Positions 1 through 8,970 of a DNA stretch of 64,000 nucleotides are shown piece after piece. The stretch is from a virus: positions 10,738 through 74,737 of IMG/VR virus record IMGVR_UViG_3300038465_000055; one strand, written 5' to 3'. Below the pieces are notes generated by a model that saw only the letters and a list, made by a program, of their open reading frames with translations, had not been told where the DNA came from and ran no database searches. Numbering within the stretch: position 1 is the first letter of the stretch; every line of letters begins with the position of its first letter. A program made the position numbers and the translations under genes.

Positions 1-16
1 GATTACTGATATTACA

Positions 17-181
17 ATGGCTTACCGCGACCCCACGAAGATCAAATTCCCTCCCGCCTGCGTAAAGTGCGGGGAACGGCCGCGAAAGTTACCTTACACG
101 AAATGCTACACCTGCCGATTAAGAATTCTTCGGGCAGCATCCAAAAAGGGATGGGTGTTTCGAAAGAGGAAAAACAGATGA
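17..181 (+). CDS. Small zinc-finger protein (54 aa, not in ORF track; may extend upstream of the window)
   Basis: Hand translation MAYRDPTKIKFPPACVKCGERPRKLPYTKCYTCRLR...; two CxxC motifs; stop overlaps the next start (ATGA 178-181). Confidence 0.65.
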   Translation: MAYRDPTKIKFPPACVKCGERPRKLPYTKCYTCRLRILRAASKKGWVFRKRKNR

Positions 182-1920
182 AACTCCCCATTCCAGCCGC
201 AGCGATCGAACAACACGTCATTGCCCTTGGCAAGACGCGCTCCGGGAAGTCGTCGAAGATGCGCGTCATCGTCGAGTATTTCCTCGATCGCAAGACGCCT
301 GTTTGCATCATTGACCCGAAGGGCGATTGGTGGGGCCTGAAGTCCTCCGCTGACGGCAAGAGCGCTGGCTATCCGATCATTATCTTTGGCAGCGAGTACG
401 CGCGCCATGCTGACGTGCGGATCAATGCGACATCTGGCGCCGAGATCGGCCGCCTCGTCGCAACCGGCAATCGTCCTGCCCTGATAGACCTGAAGGGCAT
501 GAAGGTCGCAGATCGCAACCGGTTTTTTATTGGCTTCGCGGAGTCCTATTTCCGGCACGCCGCTGGCGAGCGCGTGCTGATGATCGACGAGGTTCATAAT
601 TTTGCGCCGCAAGGCAAGATGCTTTCGTTCGAGGCGACCGAGTCATTGCATTGGGCGAACCGGCTGATCACGGAAGGCGGCGGCCTGGGAATCACGATGT
701 TCTCCGCATCGCAGCGACCGCAGAAGGTCCACAAGGATTTTGTCACCTCGAACGAAACACTTATCGCGTGCCGCGTGATCCACAAGCGCGACCGCGACGC
801 TGATAAGGAATGGGTCGACGCCTGCGGAGATCCTGACGTCGCGAAAGAGATGCTGGCATCGCTGGCGTCGATGCCGCGTACCGATGCATGGGTTTATTCG
901 CCGGAAGTCGGATTCGGTCCGAAGCAAATCACGTGGCCGATGTTTCAGACCTACGATTCGTTCGCACCGCAAGGCGTGTCGAAAGCCAAGTTGAAGGGCT
1001 GGGCCGACGTCGACCTTGGCGAAGTGCAAGCGGCGATCGCCAAGACGGTCGAGGAGCACAAGGCGAACGATCCAAAAGAATTGAAGGCGGAGATTGCCCG
1101 GCTCAAGGCGGATCTGGCCAAGAAAGCAACGCTGGCGCAGATGGTGGCACCTATTACTGTGCCCGATCAGGACATGCTTTCGCTGGCCGAGGCGCGGGGA
1201 TTTGAGCGCGGACTGCAATACGGACTACAGGCATTCGCCGGGCTAGAAGTGGCCGCCCGTAAGCTAGATTCAGCGCTGGGCGATATTGCCTCCGAGGTTC
1301 GCGGCGCCATACAGCGGGCTAGCGATCGACTTACACAGGCACCTAAATTCCAATCGGGCCCCCCAGCGGTTAACGGCAAATTTCCCGCTGACGCCCCGAA
1401 GCGAGCGCCGGCCGCACCGGATGTTCGCAAGCCGCCGCCTAGTGGGGAGCGTGGCGGCGGCACCAAATTACCCAAGGCGGAACGGTCGATCCTGACTGCG
1501 CTGGCGCAGGTTGGCAACGCATCAAAGGTCAAGATCGCTGTCCTGACCCGTTATGCTGTGACCGGAGGCGGTTTCAACAATGCGCTGGGCGCGCTGCGCC
1601 GCAATCTGTGGATCGATGATTATGGCGCTGGCATGTTGTCGATCACCACTGCCGGAATGGAAGCGCTTGGCGATTGGACGCCCTTGCCGACCGGCGACGC
1701 ATTGCTCCAATACTGGTTTTCACAATTACCGAAGGCAGAGCGCGCAATCCTAGCAGTGCTTTGCGAAGGCTATCCCAGCGTGTTCGATAAAGAACGTCTG
1801 GCGACACAAGCCGGGTACGAGGCCAAAGGCGGCGGTTTCAATAATGCCCTTGGCAAGCTTCGCACCCTTGAACTAATCGAGCGCAAGGAATTGCGAGCAT
1901 CACAGGATCTATTCGGATGA
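178..1920 (+). CDS. HerA/FtsK-superfamily (DUF87-like) P-loop ATPase with coiled coil and two tandem C-terminal winged-helix-like repeats
   Basis: Walker A GKTRSGKS, IIDPKGD, Walker B LMIDEVH, ASQRP; GAGGA RBS before ATG 178. Confidence 0.85.
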   Translation: MKLPIPAAAIEQHVIALGKTRSGKSSKMRVIVEYFLDRKTPVCIIDPKGDWWGLKSSADGKSAGYPIIIFGSEYARHADVRINATSGAEIGRLVATGNRPALIDLKGMKVADRNRFFIGFAESYFRHAAGERVLMIDEVHNFAPQGKMLSFEATESLHWANRLITEGGGLGITMFSASQRPQKVHKDFVTSNETLIACRVIHKRDRDADKEWVDACGDPDVAKEMLASLASMPRTDAWVYSPEVGFGPKQITWPMFQTYDSFAPQGVSKAKLKGWADVDLGEVQAAIAKTVEEHKANDPKELKAEIARLKADLAKKATLAQMVAPITVPDQDMLSLAEARGFERGLQYGLQAFAGLEVAARKLDSALGDIASEVRGAIQRASDRLTQAPKFQSGPPAVNGKFPADAPKRAPAAPDVRKPPPSGERGGGTKLPKAERSILTALAQVGNASKVKIAVLTRYAVTGGGFNNALGALRRNLWIDDYGAGMLSITTAGMEALGDWTPLPTGDALLQYWFSQLPKAERAILAVLCEGYPSVFDKERLATQAGYEAKGGGFNNALGKLRTLELIERKELRASQDLFG

Positions 1921-2177
1921 GCGATGATCGTGCAACGCGCGCCGCGCGCGAGAAGGCCATGGCGCGGCCAGAGTTGCGAGGCACGGAATTCTATTTTGAT
2001 TTCCCCGCAGCGATACCGCCAGAGGGCGAGAAGCTTTTTACAGTAGTGGTGACAGACGGTCCCGGCCCGCAATACAAGCTGCCGTTCAACGTCATCTATC
2101 GCGACGGGCGATGGTTCAATCCGAGGTATGGCGATAAGCAACTCACTGTCCGCGTGATCAGATGGCGGTTCGCATGA
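1917..2177 (+). CDS. Hypothetical protein
   Basis: ATGA-coupled at both ends. Confidence 0.7.
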   Translation: MSDDRATRAAREKAMARPELRGTEFYFDFPAAIPPEGEKLFTVVVTDGPGPQYKLPFNVIYRDGRWFNPRYGDKQLTVRVIRWRFA

Positions 2178-2557
2178 GACCGCACCGGAAGGCAATTACC
2201 GATCGCGTCAAGCGCATCGTGCTGGAACGCCAGCGCAATATTTGCGACGGATGCGGGGTTCTGATGACAACAGACGACAAGAAGCAATTCGACCATCGGC
2301 CTGCGCTGGAACAGCGGGAGGTGAACGCAAAATGGACCGACTACATTCCACCGCAGCTCGATCCGAAGTATATCGACGCGCTTCACGTCGACTGCCATTT
2401 GAAGCGAACGGTTGGACGAACGCCCGGCGCCGACAAGACGGTGACGACTAAAGGATCTGACGCATGGCTTGCTGCAAAATTCCGCCGCCTTGAGGGAAGA
2501 AACAAACCGAAGCGACGCCAGAAGATTCCAGCGCGGCCATTTCAGAAACGAGCCTAA
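2174..2557 (+). CDS. HNH-family endonuclease-like protein
   Basis: CDGC...FDHRP...HVDCH pattern with a basic tail; ATGA coupling. Confidence 0.75.
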   Translation: MRPHRKAITDRVKRIVLERQRNICDGCGVLMTTDDKKQFDHRPALEQREVNAKWTDYIPPQLDPKYIDALHVDCHLKRTVGRTPGADKTVTTKGSDAWLAAKFRRLEGRNKPKRRQKIPARPFQKRA

Positions 2558-2560
2558 CCG

Positions 2561-3181
2561 ATGACGTTTAATCCATACGAGGTGCTAGACGTGCCACGCG
2601 ATGCCAGCCAGACGGATATCAGCCGCGCCTATAAGCGGAAGGCAAAAATCCATCACCCGGACAAGGGCGGCGATCGCGATGATTTCGAAAAGCTTGTCCA
2701 GTCCAATATGGTTCTGTCCGACCCGAAGAAGCGATCCAAATACGACACCACCGGAAAGATCGACGAGGAGCACCCCGACAATACCGAGGGGATTTTTATC
2801 GCCCGCGCGATTGCAGCGATTTTGCAAGCCGCCGACGCCGCCGGCAAACACGGCGAGCCGACGCTTTTCGACCTAGTCCAGATGGCAAAGGAACAGATCA
2901 ATAAAGACATACTGGCCACACGCCAGAATCAGACAATGGTCGAGATCAACGCCAAGCGGGTGGAAAATATCGCTTCCAAGATGCTGCGCAAGTCCAAGGA
3001 TGGCCAACCTGATTTTGTCGTTCGCGGCATTCAGCGTCACGCTGGCATGATGCGCGAGGCTATCGAAAAATCTGACATCCAGATCGTGACCATGCAAGGC
3101 GCGCTGAAGATCCTCGAAGATTATGACTTCGTCAAAGACGTGCAACAGGCCGTTACAACATTCTATGTGACAACACGCTGA
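2561..3181 (+). CDS. J-domain (DnaJ-like) protein
   Basis: NPYEVLDV...AYKRKAKIHHPDKGG...VLSDPKKRSKYD; intact HPD motif. Confidence 0.9.
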   Translation: MTFNPYEVLDVPRDASQTDISRAYKRKAKIHHPDKGGDRDDFEKLVQSNMVLSDPKKRSKYDTTGKIDEEHPDNTEGIFIARAIAAILQAADAAGKHGEPTLFDLVQMAKEQINKDILATRQNQTMVEINAKRVENIASKMLRKSKDGQPDFVVRGIQRHAGMMREAIEKSDIQIVTMQGALKILEDYDFVKDVQQAVTTFYVTTR

Positions 3182-3537
3182 TGCCGATCCGGCCAGAAAA
3201 CAAAGACCGTTATCCGAAAGACTGGCCAGCCATCAGCCTGAGGATACGCGAGCGCGCAGGCAATAGATGCGAAAAATGCGGAGTTCCTAATGGAGAATTT
3301 ATTGTTCGTCACGATGATGGCACGTGGGAAATTACCGACATGATCTTCGCTGGAACCAAGATAGTTCTGACCGTAGCGCACCTTGATCACACGCCGGAAC
3401 ATTGCGACGACGAAAACCTGCGCGCATGGTGCCAACGCTGCCACAATCGATATGACGAGCCAGAGCGACGCCGAGGCATCCGAGCAAGAGCGCGAGCATC
3501 GCGCGCATCAGGAGATCTATTCGAGGGTAAGACATGA
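3181..3537 (+). CDS. HNH endonuclease-like protein
   Basis: RAGNRCEKCG...LTVAHLDH...NLRAWCQRCHNRYD. Confidence 0.85.
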   Translation: MPIRPENKDRYPKDWPAISLRIRERAGNRCEKCGVPNGEFIVRHDDGTWEITDMIFAGTKIVLTVAHLDHTPEHCDDENLRAWCQRCHNRYDEPERRRGIRARARASRASGDLFEGKT

Positions 3538-3716
3538 CTGCGACCTTGCTGGTTTATTTCATCCTGACAAAAGCCCTGACGTGGGAATTTTTTGCCGTCG
3601 AACACACCGACAAAAGTTATTGCGAGATGTCCAGCGATTCGTTAAAGCGCAATTTCGCTGGCAAGATCGGCAATATGAAAATCATCTGCGCGCCAGACGT
3701 CGGCGCCGATATCTGA
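3534..3716 (+). CDS. Small hypothetical protein
   Basis: ATGA-coupled ORF. Confidence 0.6.
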   Translation: MTATLLVYFILTKALTWEFFAVEHTDKSYCEMSSDSLKRNFAGKIGNMKIICAPDVGADI

Positions 3717-3766
3717 AAAGAATTGGCGATCGCATGTCGCGCTCGCCGTTACCCCGAGGAGAGACT

Positions 3767-4309
3767 ATGAGAAGGTTAATTTACGCTGCGGCTATGATAA
3801 CCGCGATTTCACCAGCGATCGCCAACGAAGCGCCCGTCAAACCAGAACCGCCCAAGCCCACCATGACCATCGACGAATGCATGACGGTGCTGGCTGGCCT
3901 CGAAGCGCTCGACGGCTACACGACGATCATCAAGGAGGGAAAGCCCGATGCTCAAGTCGTCGTTCGTTCCTATGTATTCGGCAACGGTGCGCTGCGAGAC
4001 GATATCGCCCAAAACCTCACCGCCTTGCGTGACGTTCGCCGATCGACGCAGGAAACTCAGAACGCGATCGTCAAAGAGATCGGGAAGGGTGCCAACGATA
4101 TCCCTGCACAGATCATGGGGCCTGACGGCAAGCAGTTAATCTCGAACCCTGACTATGTCGAATATGTCAGGCAGGTTAACCAGCTCACCGCCAAGCCGTG
4201 CAACGCCATCCCCGTTCCCATCAGGCTCAAGGATCTGAAACTGGACATCAACGAAATACCAAACTCCACCATCTCAAATCTCGGAAAGATTCTTGTCCGG
4301 GATAAGTAA
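3767..4309 (+). CDS. Secreted hypothetical protein
   Basis: GAGGAG RBS before ATG 3767; signal peptide MRRLIYAAAMITAISPAIA. Confidence 0.75.
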   Translation: MRRLIYAAAMITAISPAIANEAPVKPEPPKPTMTIDECMTVLAGLEALDGYTTIIKEGKPDAQVVVRSYVFGNGALRDDIAQNLTALRDVRRSTQETQNAIVKEIGKGANDIPAQIMGPDGKQLISNPDYVEYVRQVNQLTAKPCNAIPVPIRLKDLKLDINEIPNSTISNLGKILVRDK

Positions 4310-4337
4310 CAAGCATAACAATCTTGGGGATCGATTC

Positions 4338-4376
4338 GCCCGCTGCCGGTGGACCGGTGGCGGGCTCCTCATTTTT
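4338..4376 (+). terminator. Putative intrinsic terminator
   Basis: GCCCGCTGCCGGT-GG-ACCGGTGGCGGGC stem (G-U allowed) followed by TCCTCATTTTT. Confidence 0.55.
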
Positions 4377-4389
4377 GGAGCTGCACACA

Positions 4390-4596
4390 ATGGCCATCAA
4401 CACAAGCAACGAATTCCAGCAATCAAAGACACACTGCCCGGCAGGACATCCCTACACGCCAGAGAACACAATTCAGGTAAAATCGACCAAGCCGGGGCAC
4501 TTCAAACGGCAATGCCGCAAATGCAAGAACCTCTCCGCCTCCAGACGCAACAAAGAAAAAGGACCGCAAGCAGATAAGCCAGCGGCCCGAGTCTAG
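4390..4596 (+). CDS. Stand-alone zinc-binding domain of the kind found C-terminal in phage HNH endonucleases
   Basis: KTHCPAGHPYTPENT...RQCRKC; GGAG RBS. Confidence 0.7.
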   Translation: MAINTSNEFQQSKTHCPAGHPYTPENTIQVKSTKPGHFKRQCRKCKNLSASRRNKEKGPQADKPAARV

Positions 4597-4709
4597 GGAG
4601 GAAACGCCCAAGGAGGGCAGCGATAGTGCGAAAGGTCGGACGGACGACTGCGATGCACTACCGCCGACTCGATCATAACCCTCTATTGCCGATTCCCTCA
4701 ATAGATTTG

Positions 4710-5516
4710 TCAGCGCGCAGTGCGGCCCTTGGCCATAAAGGGGATTACAGCCGTGACGCCGACGAACAGCAGCATCAGGATAGCCTGTATCCACCCGATC
4801 ACGTCACTGCGGCCTGATCCGACGCTAGAATTATCCGCCTGCGCTCGGCTTAACTTTTGCACCTCACCAATAAGCGAAGCGAGCGCCGGATCTTGAAATT
4901 TCTGTTTGCCAAGACCTTCAGCTCCGGTTTGTTCAAGCGCTGTTAGTCGTGTGCCAATAACTCCAAATTGTGCTTGGATACCAGCAAAACTGTTCTGCAA
5001 ATTCCTAGCCTGTTCATCCGCGGTGTTCTTCACAAGCGTTCGCACATCGTCCGCTGATTTTGTGACCTGAGCGCTCAACACCAACGCGGCGTCGTCGCCC
5101 TTCTTCGCCAGCGCCGCAGCCGTTGCGTTTGCGCGCTCGCTGGCGACCGAAACGTTGTTGGTGTCAACAATACGGATGGCATCCAGCCTGTTGGCTTCCG
5201 CTTTGCGCAGCTTGTCTTCGTAGTCAGCTCGCAATGAGGAATTTTCTTTCAGGCTGTTATATCGCAACTCCTCCAGCGAGGCTTGTGCTACTCTCAAATC
5301 GTCCTGCCGCTTGACCGTAAGATCCAGAACATCGTCAATCCGCTTGACGGCGGCTAACACCAGATCGAGAACATTCTTGGTGGGATCAATAGCGGAATTG
5401 CCTCTGGAATCTACCGGCTGGCCGGGCTTGGACGGCGCTATAGCCGCATCCTGTGCCGACACTGGCGAAGAAAGCATCGCCATGAAGGTCAATGCTGCTA
5501 GAGCCGCCTTTAACAT
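4710..5516 (-). CDS. Exported coiled-coil protein with C-terminal transmembrane helix
   Basis: Signal peptide MLKAALAALTFMAMLSSPVSA; heptad-rich middle; C-terminal hydrophobic helix. Confidence 0.75.
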   Translation of the reverse strand: MLKAALAALTFMAMLSSPVSAQDAAIAPSKPGQPVDSRGNSAIDPTKNVLDLVLAAVKRIDDVLDLTVKRQDDLRVAQASLEELRYNSLKENSSLRADYEDKLRKAEANRLDAIRIVDTNNVSVASERANATAAALAKKGDDAALVLSAQVTKSADDVRTLVKNTADEQARNLQNSFAGIQAQFGVIGTRLTALEQTGAEGLGKQKFQDPALASLIGEVQKLSRAQADNSSVGSGRSDVIGWIQAILMLLFVGVTAVIPFMAKGRTAR

Positions 5517-5526
5517 TTGTCTTTTT

Positions 5527-5901
5527 TCACCCCCGGCCGAGATAGGACTCTATCAAATGGCCAGCGAAACCTACCACAGTTCCGACCGCAAGAATGAAGG
5601 CCCAGAATAATTTGCTGGCCCACATCACACCGCCTCTGCGAGCGATATCGGTATTATACGCCGAGATCGTCGGCATGACATTATCGTCGAGATCATTTTT
5701 TAATTCTGCGACGTCTTGAATGGCACCGTCGATCTTGCTGGCCATCTGCCCTACTTGTGCTGACAGGCCCTCAAAACGTTCGTAAAGTGCCTTGCGTGAT
5801 GCTGCCGCCGCGGTCTCCTGAGACTTCCATTGATCAGCCATGCCACGCACCGTGCCCTCAAGGTCACCTAGCGCTCGAATAAGTGAGTTAGGAGTCGCCA
5901 T
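5527..5901 (-). CDS. Coiled-coil membrane protein (holin-like, lysis cassette)
   Basis: N-terminal coiled coil and one C-terminal TM helix. Confidence 0.6.
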   Translation of the reverse strand: MATPNSLIRALGDLEGTVRGMADQWKSQETAAAASRKALYERFEGLSAQVGQMASKIDGAIQDVAELKNDLDDNVMPTISAYNTDIARRGGVMWASKLFWAFILAVGTVVGFAGHLIESYLGRG

Positions 5902-5918
5902 CGGTTTGTGCTTTTCCC

Positions 5919-5949
5919 CAGCCCGAAGGCGTCTATCACCTTCGGGCTG
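5919..5949. repeat. Perfect 11-bp inverted repeat just downstream of the OMP gene
   Basis: CAGCCCGAAGG-N9-CCTTCGGGCTG. Confidence 0.8.
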
Positions 5950-5967
5950 CTTACCGTTTTCTCCTAA

Positions 5968-6780
5968 TCAGAATGCTACCATAACGCCAGCAATATATTT
6001 GGTGCCAAGGACTGCCTTAACCTGCGCTGGACCGCCGGTGACGGCACCATTTCCCTGAAACACGGTTTCGATGTACTCGCGGATGGCGGAGCCATTGCTC
6101 AATTGCTCCATCAAGTCGATCTCGATCTTGGGCGACCAAAGCTCCACCTTGTTCGATCCTGCACCGAGATAAGCAATCGTCACGTCATCCATGCGGACGC
6201 CAGCGCCGAAGCCTGCTTGGATGTTGGTCGCTGCGATTCCTGTCGGCAGGAGAGGAAACGGCGCGATCGAGCTGAAGGGATTGGGAAGATTCAGCAGCCC
6301 GAATGTGCTCTGGATCAGCGACACTGGCATCCATACGAGGCCAGTGGCCTCTGCGGAAAGCGGACCGGCAACTGAGAAGCCTTGGTTGGCGCCATTGAAG
6401 TTGGTCGCAGATACCTTGCCTTCAACGGCGTAGGCGAGCAGGCTGGATCTGCTGCCCCACGCATAGCCCACGGCGGCGCCGATACCCGCGGTTGTCGTGG
6501 TCAAGCTTGCGGAGTTGACGCCCGGTACTGTGGCGTTAACCGGACCACCGCCGGCCTCGGTGAACAAGCCGACATAAAGACCGGAGCTGCCATAGGGATA
6601 TCCGGTAAGCCAAGATGGCCCAATGGCTGATGGCGCCTTCGTATAGAGCACAGGCGATGGAGCAACTACCGCCTGAGGTAACGGAGCGGCGACGGCAGCA
6701 CCCGGCCCCGGAGAGTTCTGGGCCATCGCAGAAGTCGAAAACAACGCTGCGATCGCCGTCGCAAGTAATAGCTTCTTCAT
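5968..6780 (-). CDS. Outer-membrane beta-barrel protein (Omp25/RopB-like)
   Basis: Signal peptide MKKLLLATAIAALFSTSAMA, YTKAP motif, amphipathic strands, terminal Phe. Confidence 0.75.
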   Translation of the reverse strand: MKKLLLATAIAALFSTSAMAQNSPGPGAAVAAPLPQAVVAPSPVLYTKAPSAIGPSWLTGYPYGSSGLYVGLFTEAGGGPVNATVPGVNSASLTTTTAGIGAAVGYAWGSRSSLLAYAVEGKVSATNFNGANQGFSVAGPLSAEATGLVWMPVSLIQSTFGLLNLPNPFSSIAPFPLLPTGIAATNIQAGFGAGVRMDDVTIAYLGAGSNKVELWSPKIEIDLMEQLSNGSAIREYIETVFQGNGAVTGGPAQVKAVLGTKYIAGVMVAF

Positions 6781-6876
6781 GGTGAAAATCCCCTTTGGTT
6801 GCGGAGATCAGAAACTACGCCAGCGCTCTATCAGCGATAGGACGATTTACTAAGCAGACTGACGAATTAAGTTAGC

Positions 6877-6894
6877 TGTGACTTATCCGCAACA
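6877..6894. promoter_or_regulatory. Imperfect palindrome upstream of the OMP gene
   Basis: TGTGAC-TTATCC-GCAACA (TGT-N12-ACA) in an AT-richer intergenic region. Confidence 0.35.
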
Positions 6895-6902
6895 AGAGAA
6901 TA

Positions 6903-7292
6903 TCAGGCAGCCTTCGTCGCATCGGCGGCCATCAGGCTTATGGCCTTCGTCGCATCGGCGGCCATCACGTCTGGATGCGTGATCGTCACGACAGCTTTGG
7001 CCGTGTCCGCGGCTCCCGTAACAGATGCCGGTTGCATCTTCTTTGCGATCTCAATCGCCGCGGCCTGCGTCGCGGTATCCGTCAGCTTCTTGAGATACGC
7101 TTCTGCTTGCACGTGTCCGTCTTGTACCCACCACGACCAGAACGCTCCACCGGCCGCGACCGCAGCTCCAGAGAATGCTTCGAGGCCGGGACCGGCCGAG
7201 ATAAGACCATGGGTAACAAGAGCACCACCCGCGACCTTCAAGACGCTGGTGAACATCAGAGTGACGAACGGTTTGATGGCATCCCAATTCAT
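6903..7292 (-). CDS. Holin-like membrane protein (2 TM)
   Basis: MNWDAIKPFVTLMFTSVLKVAGGALVTHG...GGAFWSWW; near the endolysin; ATGA coupling at 7289-7292. Confidence 0.65.
   Translation of the reverse strand: MNWDAIKPFVTLMFTSVLKVAGGALVTHGLISAGPGLEAFSGAAVAAGGAFWSWWVQDGHVQAEAYLKKLTDTATQAAAIEIAKKMQPASVTGAADTAKAVVTITHPDVMAADATKAISLMAADATKAA
6910..6967. repeat. 25-bp direct repeat (33-bp period) encoding MAADATKA twice
   Basis: GCCTTCGTCGCATCGGCGGCCATCA at 6910-6934 and 6943-6967. Confidence 0.95.
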
Positions 7293-7816
7293 GATGAAGA
7301 CTCCCCTGTGTGTGAAATTTCGACATGCGTGCTGAGAATGAGGAACAGCATTAGCGGACTCCAGCGATGGAATGGCACAACTGTGGGCCATTTGAAATAG
7401 GGGAACGGGTTTGTCCGCAACGCCCAACCCATTTCAGCCGAACAGATCAGATTGCCTATTGTGTGCAGGTTCAAGGCCGGATCGACAAAATTGATGATTG
7501 ACTTGATATCGTAGGGTGCTCCGACTCGCTTATCGATGTGATCATAGAAGCAGTTTTGCTGATCGATCGTGCATGGCAGATCCACAAATTTCTGAGACAT
7601 TGATCCATCAGGCAGTTTCATCAGGCTTGCTATATCGTACCCCGCCGGTCGCTTCTTCATGCCGCCGTCCGCGTGCTGCCCGATCCACCATTGCTTGTCG
7701 AGAGAAACGCATTCGCAATGGCTAGGGACGAAAGGCATCGCGAGTCCCGCCTGAAATCTGATGTCGGCTGATATCAAATCGTTCTCGGTAACAAATCTGA
7801 GTGTTATGGCCGGCAC
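7289..7816 (-). CDS. Permuted papain-like (YiiX/YaeF-type NlpC/P60) amidase-like protein
   Basis: His before Cys: SHCECV...GAPYD...LICSAE. Confidence 0.65.
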   Translation of the reverse strand: MPAITLRFVTENDLISADIRFQAGLAMPFVPSHCECVSLDKQWWIGQHADGGMKKRPAGYDIASLMKLPDGSMSQKFVDLPCTIDQQNCFYDHIDKRVGAPYDIKSIINFVDPALNLHTIGNLICSAEMGWALRTNPFPYFKWPTVVPFHRWSPLMLFLILSTHVEISHTGESSS

Positions 7817-7819
7817 AGT

Positions 7820-8005
7820 TTATCCCTTAAGTTTTTCTGCCGCGACCTTTCTGGCGCTCGCTTGTAAGGCAATCAACAGATCGAAATCCAGCGCCAGCCG
7901 CTTTTCCTGCTCGGCGCCCTTCAGCGACGTTGCATTGATGAGCTGACCGGTATGAAGGCTGACGAGAGCCGCTTTCAGGATCTCCTCATACTCTTCGAGC
8001 GTCAC
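7820..8005 (-). CDS. Hypothetical protein
   Basis: Coupled ORF in operon. Confidence 0.6.
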   Translation of the reverse strand: MTLEEYEEILKAALVSLHTGQLINATSLKGAEQEKRLALDFDLLIALQASARKVAAEKLKG

Positions 8006-8259
8006 GGCGACTTCACTTTCTGCTCGATCAGCATGGCGATGGTTTCGACGACCGGAAGCACCTGAATGGCATCTGGATACATTTTCTTGAGGATCGGAAT
8101 GGCCCTCGCGATAAGCGGCTTCATCTCCTCCGCGATCGGCTTCAGCTCCTCCCAGCCTGCCATTAGTCGGCTGAATTCCGGTTGATCCGAATTGAGCGCT
8201 TCGATAGTTGCTTCAGGAACGCCCAAGACTGTTAGGCCAATATCGATGATCGTGCTCAT
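8002..8259 (-). CDS. Hypothetical protein
   Basis: Coupled ORF in operon. Confidence 0.65.
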   Translation of the reverse strand: MSTIIDIGLTVLGVPEATIEALNSDQPEFSRLMAGWEELKPIAEEMKPLIARAIPILKKMYPDAIQVLPVVETIAMLIEQKVKSP

Positions 8260-8951
8260 GACACAAGCACCGGAGTTGCAACGGTCGGTACCGAAACTGT
8301 AGGCATCGAAACCGTAAGACCCTCGATCTGGATCGAGCTGTCGATCGCCATCATCATAGAGAGCAGCGGCGCCGTTCCCTCCTGCACGTCGATATATTTG
8401 GCGTTGTACACGTGATCTCGAACGTACTTTCCGGAAATATAAACGTCACTTCCGGACCACACGTAGGCCGAGGGAACGCCCATCGCGGCATATCCGAGCC
8501 CGTTGAACTCCTCCCAGAGAGTGAGAACACCGCCGATCGTCCAAAGGGGCCACTTCGCTGCATAGGGCGCCGAGTTGATCAGGACATCGACGCAGCACCG
8601 AGTCCAAGCATCGTGGCCGGGCGTGACATCGCCTTCATGCGCGAGATAAGGCCCCATGTTAGCCGGGACATTGTGCGAGCGCTGGTTGAGCGGATCACCC
8701 TGTCCGAGCTGCTTATCCCAATGCGGAGGCCCGCTATACTCGCGCTCCGATGCGATCGCGATAAACCACCACGGCACCGGCTGCATCTTCTGTTCGATCA
8801 GCCGATCGGTAACGCCCTGATAGCGCGCCTTCGAAACCGGATCACATAGCCGCATCGCGGACTTGTGGAAGGCCGGAAGTTTGTCGGCCTTGACGTGCAT
8901 GTTCACCCAGCGATGCGCGTTGACGGCTTCGAGCGCTACAATGTTGACCAT
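8256..8951 (-). CDS. Endolysin, lysozyme-family (COG5526-like)
   Basis: VPWWFIAIASERE...LGQGDPL...EEFNGLGY...PSAYVWSG...GKYVRD. Confidence 0.8.
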   Translation of the reverse strand: MVNIVALEAVNAHRWVNMHVKADKLPAFHKSAMRLCDPVSKARYQGVTDRLIEQKMQPVPWWFIAIASEREYSGPPHWDKQLGQGDPLNQRSHNVPANMGPYLAHEGDVTPGHDAWTRCCVDVLINSAPYAAKWPLWTIGGVLTLWEEFNGLGYAAMGVPSAYVWSGSDVYISGKYVRDHVYNAKYIDVQEGTAPLLSMMMAIDSSIQIEGLTVSMPTVSVPTVATPVLVS

Positions 8952-8970
8952 GACGATATCTCCCTTCCTT

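Noticed and set aside
3383-3766. N-terminal extension of the 308-aa ORF
   Set aside because: Overlaps two better genes; RBS and signal peptide support ATG 3767.
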